Assembly (NCBI GenBank): GCA_012295275.1
Contig: CM022676.1
Span: 5,208,001 to 5,272,000 of the forward strand
Source of the DNA: Chrysomallon squamiferum
Taxonomy: Eukaryota; Animalia; Mollusca
Direction: 5' to 3'
Length of the DNA stretch: 64,000 nt
The position numbers were made by a program, and so were the translations under genes. Below, piece after piece: positions 53,701-64,000 of this stretch (position 1 is the first letter of the stretch; each line of letters begins with the position of its first letter). The notes beneath the pieces were generated by a model. That model was not told the origin of the DNA. It did not search any database and saw nothing but the letters and a program-made list of their open reading frames with translations.

Positions 53701-56700
53701 TGATATCTAAGGCTTGACAGGTCGCAGGATCAATCCTAATCAGTTGATGCAGTGGATCGTTTAAGCTTCTCACCCATTACTACATAGTTCACTTATGAAA
53801 TACTGTGGTGTATTTTTTTATAAATAGAAACAAAAACAAAAATAACATCCATGATTGACTTAACATAGAATTTAACAATTTAATCAATCACTGCTCTTTT
53901 CTTTCTTTTTTTACCTTTTTTAGTATTTTCAGTATTTTTTAGATTTCTTTAGATGATAATCACCTTATGAAAATAAAAAAAAAAAAAAAAAAAATTCTGG
54001 TTTATTATATCTCCCATTACCTGAACAAGCTCAACATTAATTTCAGGAAGCCAAAAGGTTTAGTAACATTGACAAGTCTTGGTGTAAGATAATGCAGCGT
54101 GCTCATGAACAGAGTGCTGTTGTGCAGTGCTGTGTTGGTGATGAAACTCTGGGACAACTACTACCACATCTGCTGGAACAGCTAGAACTGTGTCAGAAAT
54201 CCCTGACTGGGTAATTTCATTTTTGTATATTCATGTTACGATTTGCTATTTAAAAAATAAAAATAAAATCCAGAATCAGTTATTGTTATTGGAAATTAGT
54301 GCCAGTGGAAACAAGAATGAAAGACTGGATATAATTACTGAATGTTATATTATTATTATTATTATTTTGGTGCTTTTATTATTAAGAATACTATATATTT
54401 ATTTTATTTTATTATTATTTTTTTTCATTTATTTGTTTATATTTAACAATATTTATTTTGCAGATATCTAGAAAAGAAAAGATTGGTTTTTCCCAGATTT
54501 TTCTTCATCTCTGATCCTGCCTTACTAGAAATTCTTGGACAGGCTAGTGATTCACATACAATTCAGGTACATTTTAATTTCTTTTAAGTATTTTAGAAAA
54601 AAAACCTCAAAAGTACAATTTTAAATTTTACAGAAATTTATTTAATAATTATATATTCTACTAATGTAATGATGTTTTTATCTCAAGTAAAGTCTTTTAA
54701 GAATAAAATAATTAATTTAAAGATTGAATTTTTAGAATCAGATATTTTAAGTAAGATATGTCATTCTAGATTTATGTTTAATTTAGGTAGTTAATGAACC
54801 ATTATTTTATAATGTATCATATTTATGTAACAAAAGGATTTAAAACGATTACTTTTATATAAATAGGTTATTAGCACACTGTAAATTAATTTGATAATTC
54901 CAAAAGAATGTTATCATGTAGGGAATATTTAAAAACACAATATTATCACTTTTGGTATTCAGTTTTTGTGGATAATAAAGCATAACAGATAATACAACAA
55001 ACTTGTGAGCATAAAAGAAAACTGGTGACTTTTCATCACAATATCATCTTGTACAGAAGAAAACATTCTGTATAGTATAAAATACTATATTATTTAATGA
55101 TTTACTCAGTCTATGTAAGTTTTCTGTTATGATAATCTATTATTTAATATTGTTTTCTTCAGGCCCATCATCTTGTACAGAAAAGCATTTTCTTGATGAA
55201 CAGTGAAAAATGTATTATTTAATGATTTACTTGGTGTATCTGGATTTGTTGTTGTTGTTATGAAAATCTATTATTTAATATTGTTTTCTTCAGGACCATT
55301 GTGTTATACAGAAAAAGATTTTCTTGATAAACAGAGAAAAGTTTATTATTTAATGATTTGCTCAGTGTATCTGGATTTGTTGTTTTTGTTATGAAAATCT
55401 ATTATTGAAAATTATTTTCTTCAGGCCCATCTTCTCAGCATCTTTGAAAATATCAATGAGGTGGAATTCCATGCAAAAGATTATGACAGAATCCGTTCTG
55501 TGATATCCAAAGAGAAAGAAAAGATTATGGTATGAAATGGTTATTCAGGTTTTTCTTTATATTTTCTTTTTTTTCCTGTCTCTGGATATTCTAGATCTCA
55601 ACCTTTTTGGTTTTCATTTTCAATAAAAACATATTTGTGTTGAATTTCAAAAAAATAGAAATTTATAAGAAATAATTAGAAAGAATAATACATTATTGGA
55701 TGTATGGAATCAAGATTTTATTTTTGAAATTAATTAGTATAGACATTTTCTCTTTTTTTTTTTGGTTTCTTGTTCCATCCAGTACCCTGCAGCTGGTTTA
55801 TCAAAGGCCATTCTGTAGTGCATGTAAAAATAATAATAATAAAATAAAATAAAATAAAATAAATAAAGAATGGTTTTGAAATAGATTCAGTTATGGTACA
55901 GAATACATTTATTTAAATTTACTCTAAATGTTATTAGTTTTAGAAATAAATGTAGTGCATGAAAATATCATAGTAAACAATTATATAAAATTAAATTAAT
56001 TAAAATTATTACAAATATTTTTAGTAGATTCATTTGTAGTAAAGAAGACAGTTGCATTAAATATTATTTTTAACATTTAATTCATTTTGCTCAAAATATT
56101 TCTTTGAAATATATTCAGTTAAAAAAAAAAACATATATATATTTATTGTACTTTCCAGGTTTTTATTTCTATGATTAATTCCTTTTTGTTACTGTTGTCA
56201 TCATTTTCATTATGTTGTTAATATAAACTTAAATTCATTTATCTGTAAATTTCTAAAATTCGAAGCTGAAACAGTGATAACCACTGATGCTTCAAGTTTA
56301 CACAAAAACTTGTTCATGCAGAGAAATTATGGAATAATGTGAAAACATGTTTAAGCTATAAGACTTGGGTACAGTCATCAAGCCGTCTTTTATATTCCAA
56401 AATCTGATAAAATTACAATATCTTATTATATGCAGGTACTTTGGATATGATGTATATTATTATTACTGTCATCTTTCAAGTCACTGTATTTTTGTAGCTT
56501 GAGAAGAATGTCATGGCAAAGGGACATGTTGAAGTTTGGTTGGGGGATCTGTTGAGAGAACAGAGGAAATCACTGCATGGTGTTATCAGAGATGCCAGTA
56601 TAAGTATCAATTCTCAAGAGTTTGAACTTCTAGAATTCTTATCTTCCTATCCAGCTCAGGCAATTTTACCTTTCTTTTTGTTAATAATAAATTTGTATGA

Positions 56701-59700
56701 TCCATACAGTTCAAAATAGGATGATCTATAACGTATAATACGCCACTGGAATACTGAAGGGACATAATACCTTGTTTGTTACTTTATGGTTGTCTTATCT
56801 CATGACCGTACAAACATTATTTTTGCATTACCTTTTTTTCATGGACATATTTAATCATTTAGTTACAAAACAACATCACATTTGTTTATAAATTAATTTA
56901 CTAAGTATAAAACTGTCAATGAAACTGTTGATTCACAGCCTATGAAATGTATAAAATTATAAATAGTAAAATTCAGATCTCTGTCTCTTCAGTGAGTTTG
57001 CTTGGATTTCAAATGATGAGGATTTATGATGGAGAGATATTTAAAGATTATTAATTTAATTTTTTTTTTTAAATATATCGGGAATCAAACTTTAACACAA
57101 AACCAATGTATGCTAAATGTCATATTAGACTGCAAGTACTAAAACAGTGACTTGCTTTATTTAGGCGCATTTGCTTGGTTTTCAAATGATGATGATTTGT
57201 GATGCAGGAGATAATTAAGATTATTATTATTGGTTTTTTTAAATATATCACAAATCAAATGAGCACAAAGCCATTGTCTGTTGTATTTCATATTAGATTA
57301 AAAGTACTAAAACAGTGTCTTACTTTGTTTAGGTGGATTTGCTTGGTATTCAGCTGATGTGGACCCGAGATTCAGAAGAATCTCTTAAATTTGCAAGAGT
57401 TGATAAAAAAATTATGGCCAATACGAACCAGAAGTTTCTAGATCTTCTGAACATTCTCATTGCACAAACTACACATGACTTGAGTAAGGTGGACCGAGTG
57501 AAATATGAGACACTCATTACAATTCACGTACATCAACGAGACATTTTTGATGACTTAGTAAGATTTATTTTAATGTGACTGATATCTGAGAATGTTTATA
57601 AACTTTCTTAAATAAATCAGTACAACCTTCTGGATCTGCAGGTTATAACCTGATTAAAAAAAAAAAATTCAGAGACTGATTCCTTGACTCCCTATCTACA
57701 TTTGAAAGTCTTTTCCAGACAATATTATTAATTAGATCTATATTCCCACAGATTGCACATTGCTACCAATCACACCCCTTACCTTTATCTTCTATTGTAG
57801 GGGACCTCAACTATAGATCTTTTTACATTTCTTCTGCCAATATGTAGAATCTGAAAACAGCATTTAAAGCTACTAAAAATGATCTAACATTATTGTTAAA
57901 AGAGATATTTGATTATGTATCAAAACATTCAAACTGAACTCATCACTTATTCACATACAATCAAATATGTCAATATAAAATTGCATTTAGAGGTTATTCA
58001 TTTTCACTTTTTGATGTTAAATAATTAATATTAAAAATACATTTTGTTGTTTTACAGGTGAGAATGCACATCAAATCAGTGACTGACTTTGAGTGGTTGA
58101 AGCAGGTAAGGTTTTACTTCAAAGAAGATACTGACCAGTGTCTTGTACAGATCACTGATGTTGAGTTTACTTACATGAATGAATTCCTCGGCTGTACTGA
58201 GAGACTGGTGATCACCCCCCTAACTGACAGGTTTGTTAAATGTCAATGTGGATTACTGTGTACTTGCAAATGTGTTACATACATTTCACAAACTTTACAG
58301 TGATAGTTACGTTTTCTTTTTGTTTAAAGTATTCATAAAAATGGACCAAATTTCAGTGTAGTGTGTGTATGTGTGTGTCTGTGTGTGTATGTTTCTTTAT
58401 CTATCTATCTATCTATTTTCAAATTAATTTAATGATGACTTGACATGGATCTAAAATTTACAGATGTTACATCACATTAGCACAAGCTTTGGGAATGTCA
58501 TTGGGTGGCTCCCCTGCAGGTCCAGCCGGAACAGGAAAAACTGAAACCGTCAAGGATATGGGGAAAGCCCTTGGAAAATATGTGGTGGTGTTTAACTGTT
58601 CTGACCAGATGGACTTCCGCGGTTTAGGACGAATTTACAAAGGTTTGTTTAATTATGAATATTTGATTTTTGTCTTTTTTTTCTCTTGATTCATTGATAA
58701 AAGCATATTGTATAGTTGTGTTTTGTTATTATATAAAACAGAAGATTAACAACTCAAGAAAGAAAGAGAAAAGGTAAAACAAAACACACAAATTATGCCC
58801 ATAATTATGCATGCAGCATATATACAGTAGTGGTACACATTTTATACACACATAAAAACATCATATTCATATGTGTCAAACAAAAATAAAATTACGAATT
58901 TGTAAATAAAGAGGCGATAACATAATGTTTTGAAAAACTGTCACAGATTCCTGATATCTGTCAACATCTGCATAAATATATTTTTATTAGCTTTCAGAAT
59001 TTTCTGTTACTGACTGTTATTATTTTTACTTCCATCTTTGATCAGGTTTGGCTGAATCTGGATCTTGGGGCTGCTTTGACGAGTTCAACCGAATCGACCT
59101 GCCTGTGTTGTCTGTGGCTGCACAGCAAATCTACATTGTACTGACAGCTAAGAAGGAGAGAAAGAAGGAGTTTATATTTACTGATGGAGATCTGGTCACT
59201 CTGGATCCAGAATTCGGTATTTTCCTGACCATGGTGAGTTGTCGTGTGATTAAGATTTAAGTAGATTCGTTTTTAAAGAACGTTGATGTAGATATGTTTT
59301 TTTTTTTTTAGTAAATTGTAGTTTTAGTAAAAGGGTTATACTTTTAATGATTTGTAATTATTGTTTTAGTAAATAATATTTATTCAGTTAATACATTTTT
59401 TTGTTTTCTTTGGTGTCTTTTTTTTTTTTTTTTTTAAATTTTTTTTTTTTAGCAGTTACAGTGAAGACATTTTATAATATATTTTTATTAATTTATAAAA
59501 GATTTTTAAAATTTAATATCACTATTTTCATTAATGCATAAGAAATGTGAATAAGTAACCTAAATAATATACTTCATATGTTAGTGATAATAAATTTATT
59601 TCTTGTTAAATATATGTATATGTATGTGTGTATACATATTGTAATCATATGCATCATTGTTTCATATTAAATATATTAGATTTAGTTTCATGTGATCATT

Positions 59701-60424
59701 TTATTCCTAACAAATAATCTTTGCAAATAATAAAGTATATACATAATAAAACAGTTCTATCTCTTTAAACTCAGGGTTTTAATTACAAAGATATTTTATT
59801 TATTTATTTATTCTTGTTGTTGTTGTTGTTATTGTTATTATTACTAATATTATATTATTTTAGAATCCTGGCTATGCTGGTCGACAGGAATTGCCGGAAA
59901 ATTTAAAAATTCTGTTCCGTACAGTGGCCATGATGGTTCCAGATAGACAAGTAGGTGTCATTATCAGTAAATTATTTTTTTATTAATTTATATATTTTTA
60001 CTTATTTTTTGAAGCTCTGTTTTTAATACAAATAAGAAAATGTAATGATATGAAGCATAAAAATGTAAAAGAAATTACTTAAGTTAGATTCTACATTGCT
60101 GACTGGTAAAATATTTTAACTATGATTATTTATTTACATTTGAGAGTTTACTGTTGATATTTTATTAAATATTTGCAGTTTATAAATATAGAATTAATAA
60201 GTAATAGAAATATTAAGAGAACAAATTGCCAAATAATAATAATAATACTACTAAAAATAATGATGGTGATGATAATGATGATCATAATGGTAAAAATGAC
60301 AATAATAATAATGTTAACAACAAAAGCAGCAAGAATTTTTTATTTTTGTTTTTTCTCTGTGGATAATTTTTTTATTACATTCTGCAGAAATCATCAGAAT
60401 GTTTTGATATACTGTTGATATTAA

Positions 60425-60473
<49 letters not shown>

Positions 60474-63400
60474 TTTTTATTTATTTGTTTGTCTAGATTA
60501 TTATTCAGGTGAAGCTTGCCAGCTGTGGTTTTATAGAAAATATAATTCTAGCTCAGAAGTTTTACACCCTGTACAAACTTTGTGAGGAGCAGTTGTCCAA
60601 ACAGGCAAGTGTGACATTATTTTGTAAGATTTAAACCACAATTTAATGCTCAGTAATACTTTTCCACAAAAAAATCTAAATACAAAGTGATTGGTTTATT
60701 TTTATAGACACCAACCTTTGCTAATAATAAAGTTTCAATTACAGTTCTGGATGAAAAATTAAGCAGAGTGAGGTACAGAATGAATCGATAGCAAGATGTT
60801 TTTATTTGTTGGATCAGTTTTAATACACTGTCTGTATTAATATCATTTTTAGTAAAGTACATTTTTTAAAACTTTGAATAGGATATCCTTGTTTTAAATC
60901 ATTGAATTTGTATAACAGTAAATCTTCACAAAATCAAATTACACAATTACAAATAATTTCATGTTCATGTTTTAACAAAATTAAATTGTAAATTATAATG
61001 TTTGATTATTTTCAGATCCATTATGATTTTGGTTTGAGAAATATTTTGTCTGTACTGCGGACACTGGGTGCAGAAAAACGTTCTCGTCCAAACGACACAG
61101 AAAATACAATTGTCATGAGAGGTTTGAGAGACATGAATCTTTCAAAACTGGTGAGTTAACTTTTGTTTCAGAATATTAATTTTAATATCAGTGTTAAAAA
61201 AATAAAATTCTTATACCTCATTTTCACAGTAATATAAATTTCTGTTTTACTTACAGTTTCGTAATTTTATAGTAATGCAAATAACAAATAAATGAGGATG
61301 AACACTAGCTAAATACTTTTTACATCATATCTCAATCATTTTATTATCCTTTGAATTATATAAGTGATTGAAAAAGATGAAAAAAAATTGAATGAATTTC
61401 TGCTTATCTGGTATTTATGTCAGTAATATAATTTAACAATGATATAAATTATGTAACAGACAGAAAAAGATGAAAAATTACCTAATAAATTTGTGTTATA
61501 TTTTTGTCTTACTAATTTTAGAAGAAGTTGAAATAACTAAAAAACATTATTTAATTAAATTTAAAAAAAGAAGAGATGAAACTCTGTTTTAGAATCTGAT
61601 AAATGACCTGTTTGAAATAGGAAAAACTTATTTAAAAAGTTTGTTTTATTTATATCTCATTAATCATACAGTGATTATGAATTATGTAACAGAAAAAAGA
61701 TAATAAAACATTGCTAAAAGGTATTAATATCTCACTAATTTTGTTAGTACATAAAAAAATAACTAGCAGATTTCTTTATTAAACTATAAAACACAAATGA
61801 CAGGTTGATGAAGATGAACCCCTGTTTATGAGTCTAATTGATGACTTGTTTCCTGGAATCAAACTGGACAGTGCTACCTATGTGGACCTTCAGAGAGCAA
61901 TTGCCCACCATGTGGAAGAAGCTAAACTTGTTAACCACCCTTCCTGGAATCTCAAAGTCATACAGGTAAATCATTTTGATTTATACACAATTAAGGGAAT
62001 TACGAGATAAAAGTATTTAAAAAAATTTCATGTAGAGAGACGCTTAGAATAAGAAAATTATTATAGGCATATAGTTATATTTTTTCTAATAAAATTAGTT
62101 TGATATTTAGGATAGTGGGATAAGAACAATTTTATTTTTAAAACTACAGGATACAAAGAATTTTATTCTGCACTGCGAGGCATTATGGTCAAGAGCATTA
62201 TGAGAGCTAGAAATTTTATTTTCAAATAATGTAATTAATTACACAATTAGAAGAAGACAGTTATGGGATACATCTGTTTTATTTTCTCAAAGAAAATGAC
62301 AAATGTATCAGATTTTCTTTTAATAGCCAGTAAAATTAATGAATAAAGGTAGTATATATATATTTTTTTTTTTTATTTTTTTTTTAGAGTAACTCTTGAG
62401 TAACATTTTTAATTATTGTTATTTTCTCAGATTGCCAGGAAATAATTTTAAAAATTTCATTTTGTTTTAATTTATTATTATTAATTTTTTTATTCATATA
62501 TTATTTTTTGGTTATTTCCAGGAAATAATTTTTAAATTGTTATCTATTTCTTTTTTTAGTTTATTACTTGTTTTGTTATTTTTTAAAGCTGTTTGAAACT
62601 CAAAGAGTTCGACATGGTATGATGGTTCTGGGACCCAGTGGTACAGGCAAAACTTGCTGTATTCACATTCTCATGAAAGCAATGACTGAAACTGCAGCTC
62701 CACATCGGGAAATGAGAATGAATCCAAAAGCTATCACAGCACCTCAGATGTTTGGTCGACTTGATGTTGCCACCAATGACTGGACAGATGGAATTTTCTC
62801 CACTCTGTGGAGGCGAACTCTGAAAGCCAAAAAAGGTCATACATTTTAATTTTTTTATTTTAGCTGAATGTTTTGTTGTATTTGAATTTTGAGTAGAAAT
62901 GTTTTTATGTTATAGCCAGACAGAACAATATTACATTACAAACTATATTTTTCCAAAAAAAATCTTTTATACTAAATGAATAATAAATCTTTTTCTGCTA
63001 TATGTACATTTCCATGTTGTTCTTGTTATTGTTTTTATTATTATGTAAAGTTTCAAGAAAAAAACAAATAATAATAATAATAGCAACAATAAAAAATCTT
63101 CTAAACTAAATGAATAATAAATCTTTTTCTGCTGTATGTACATTTCCATGTTGTTGTTATTACTGTTTTTATTATTCTGAAGAAAAAACAAATAATAATA
63201 ATAATAATCGGAACAATAATAATAAGAAGAAGAAAATAAAATTATATAGATCTGTCATTACTATAGCAATTACTTGGACAATAAATTCTTTAAAAAAAAA
63301 AGAATTCTTGGATATATAATATTGAGATACCAAATTGTATTTACTGTAAATGTAACAACAATGATATTGCGTAAAATACGTTATTTACAAATCATCAGAT

Positions 63401-63762
63401 ACAAAATCCACTTCAACTTAAGCATAAAATTTTTCAAATTTTCTAATTATGAAATATTTTATTTAATTTATCACAAACAGTTCGGTTCATTTTGTATTTC
63501 AATCTGTTATTTTCTAACAGGTGAACACATTTGGCTGGTTCTCGATGGTCCTGTTGATGCTATATGGATTGAGAATCTCAACTCCGTACTGGACGATAAC
63601 AAAACTCTGACACTTGCCAACGGTGACCGAATCCCAATGGCTGCCACCTGCAAGATCCTGTTCGAAGTGCACAACATTGACAATGCCTCGCCAGCCACTG
63701 TGTCCAGAAACGGAATGGTCTATCTAAGCAGTTCCGCTCTCGATTGGAGACCCATTTTACAG
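29926..63762 (+). CDS. DNAH5: Axonemal dynein heavy chain, outer-arm gamma type (DNAH5/DNAH8-like); 5' part only, continues past the window end
   Basis: About 45 exons: 29926-30066, 33759-33893, 34662-34752, 35267-35418, 35693-35888, 36313-36482, 37184-37472 (frameshift), 38189-38296, 38746-38994, 39426-39623, 39895-39971, 40429-40522, 41010-41129, 41616-41751, 42099-42286, 43054-43251, 44062-44178, 44595-44778, 45236-45434, 45965-46067, 46258-46411, 47024-47217, 47828-47954, 48817-49052, 49422-49526, 49960-50073, 50401-50463, 51125-51363, 52020-52260, 52774-52973, 53509-53662, 54047-54210, 54464-54566, 55425-55529, 56498-56659, 57333-57557, 58058-58230, 58464-58642, 59046-59233, 59864-59950, 60497-60604, 61016-61150, 61804-61965, 62589-62835, 63521-63762. 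Motifs: [21 protein letters not shown]1 [23 protein letters not shown]2 [32 protein letters not shown]. Confidence 0.93.
31303..31368. repeat. (AG)n microsatellite
   Basis: Perfect AG run of about 66 nt. Confidence 0.95.
32260..32650 (+). promoter_or_regulatory. Probable internal promoter with a perfect CRE (TGACGTCA 32368-32375) and an NRF1-like CGCATGCG (32621)
   Basis: Visible CpG cluster against a CpG-poor background; exact motif matches; an ATG-donor exon lies within it. Confidence 0.45.
32513..32554 (+). CDS. Candidate alternative first coding exon of the dynein gene ([14 protein letters not shown])
   Basis: ATG plus 14 codons, phase-0 donor CAG|GTATTG, inside a CpG-richer patch with a CRE palindrome upstream. 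Confidence 0.5.
36896..37019. repeat. (GT)n and (AG)n microsatellites
   Basis: GT run 36896-36948 and AG run ~36995-37019. Confidence 0.95.
40125..40390. repeat. Degenerate (AGT)n array
   Basis: agtagta/agcagta repeats in a dynein intron. Confidence 0.8.
42790..42950. repeat. (TA)/(CATA)n low-complexity repeat
   Basis: Directly visible. Confidence 0.9.
48290..48840 (+). repeat. Degenerate acceptor-spanning tandem repeat in the dynein (5 copies)
   Basis: cAG|agctattaaaactaagc at 48344, 48484, 48610 and 48700, versus the real cAG|atccactaaaactaggc at 48816. Confidence 0.7.
55035..55440 (+). repeat. Acceptor-spanning tandem repeat (3 x 131 bp) in the dynein
   Basis: atctattatttaatattgttttcttcAG|g.ccat at 55162, 55293 and the real site at 55424. 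Confidence 0.85.
56985..57360 (+). repeat. Acceptor-spanning tandem repeat (~170 bp period) in the dynein
   Basis: AG|g...atttgcttgg..ttca..tgatg at 56992, 57164 and the real site at 57332. Confidence 0.8.
62970..63225. repeat. Intronic direct duplication (2 x ~135 bp)
   Basis: actaaatgaataataaatctttttctgct.tatgtacatttccatgttgtt at ~62971 and ~63105. Confidence 0.85.
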
Positions 63763-64000
63763 GTTTTGAAAGTTTGAATACTGGATTAATTTAGAACCAA
63801 ACTTATGTAGACGTGGTAATGTCTGTAAACTGTTTTCACATGTTTTGACTAAAAAAACAAATAATTTAAATACACTGACTATTAACTAGTATTCATATTT
63901 ATGTGGAATTTTTTTTTTTGGCGGGGAGTGAATATACTTAAAGATTAAAAAATAAATTAAAAATGGATATTGGAGAAAACATTTCATTTAATACTGAACA

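Noticed and set aside
29926-63762. Calling the dynein gene a pseudogene
   Set aside because: Only one lesion in about 45 otherwise intact, phase-consistent exons with intact P-loops; an assembly error is the simpler explanation.

Overview
Very AT-rich, intron-dense eukaryotic (metazoan, probably invertebrate/lophotrochozoan) genomic DNA with many microsatellites. I reconstructed five spliced protein-coding genes by hand from exon translations and splice phases. (1) + strand, 626-9786: a secreted EGF/cbEGF protein whose ~2.5-kb exon carries 16 C-x14-C repeats and a Pro/Thr mucin stretch. (2) - strand, 16954-11472: TBRG1 (FYRN/FYRC). (3) + strand, 17585-24960: CCDC15, head-to-head with TBRG1. 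(4) - strand, 27491-26283: RBM7/RBM11-type RRM protein. (5) + strand, ~29926 to past the window end: an axonemal outer-arm gamma-type dynein heavy chain (DNAH5/DNAH8-like) of about 45 exons reaching into AAA2. The most striking unexplained pattern is that about ten introns in four genes hold tandem duplications spanning or abutting a splice site, leaving arrays of near-intact decoy acceptors or donors beside the real ones. Other points are three phase-compatible candidate first exons for the dynein, three GC-AG introns, a frameshift in one dynein exon, a His-rich dynein insert, and TBRG1/CCDC15/RBM7 linkage that echoes human 11q23-24. No rRNA, tRNA or CRISPR is supported. Coordinates were counted by eye and may be off by a few bases.
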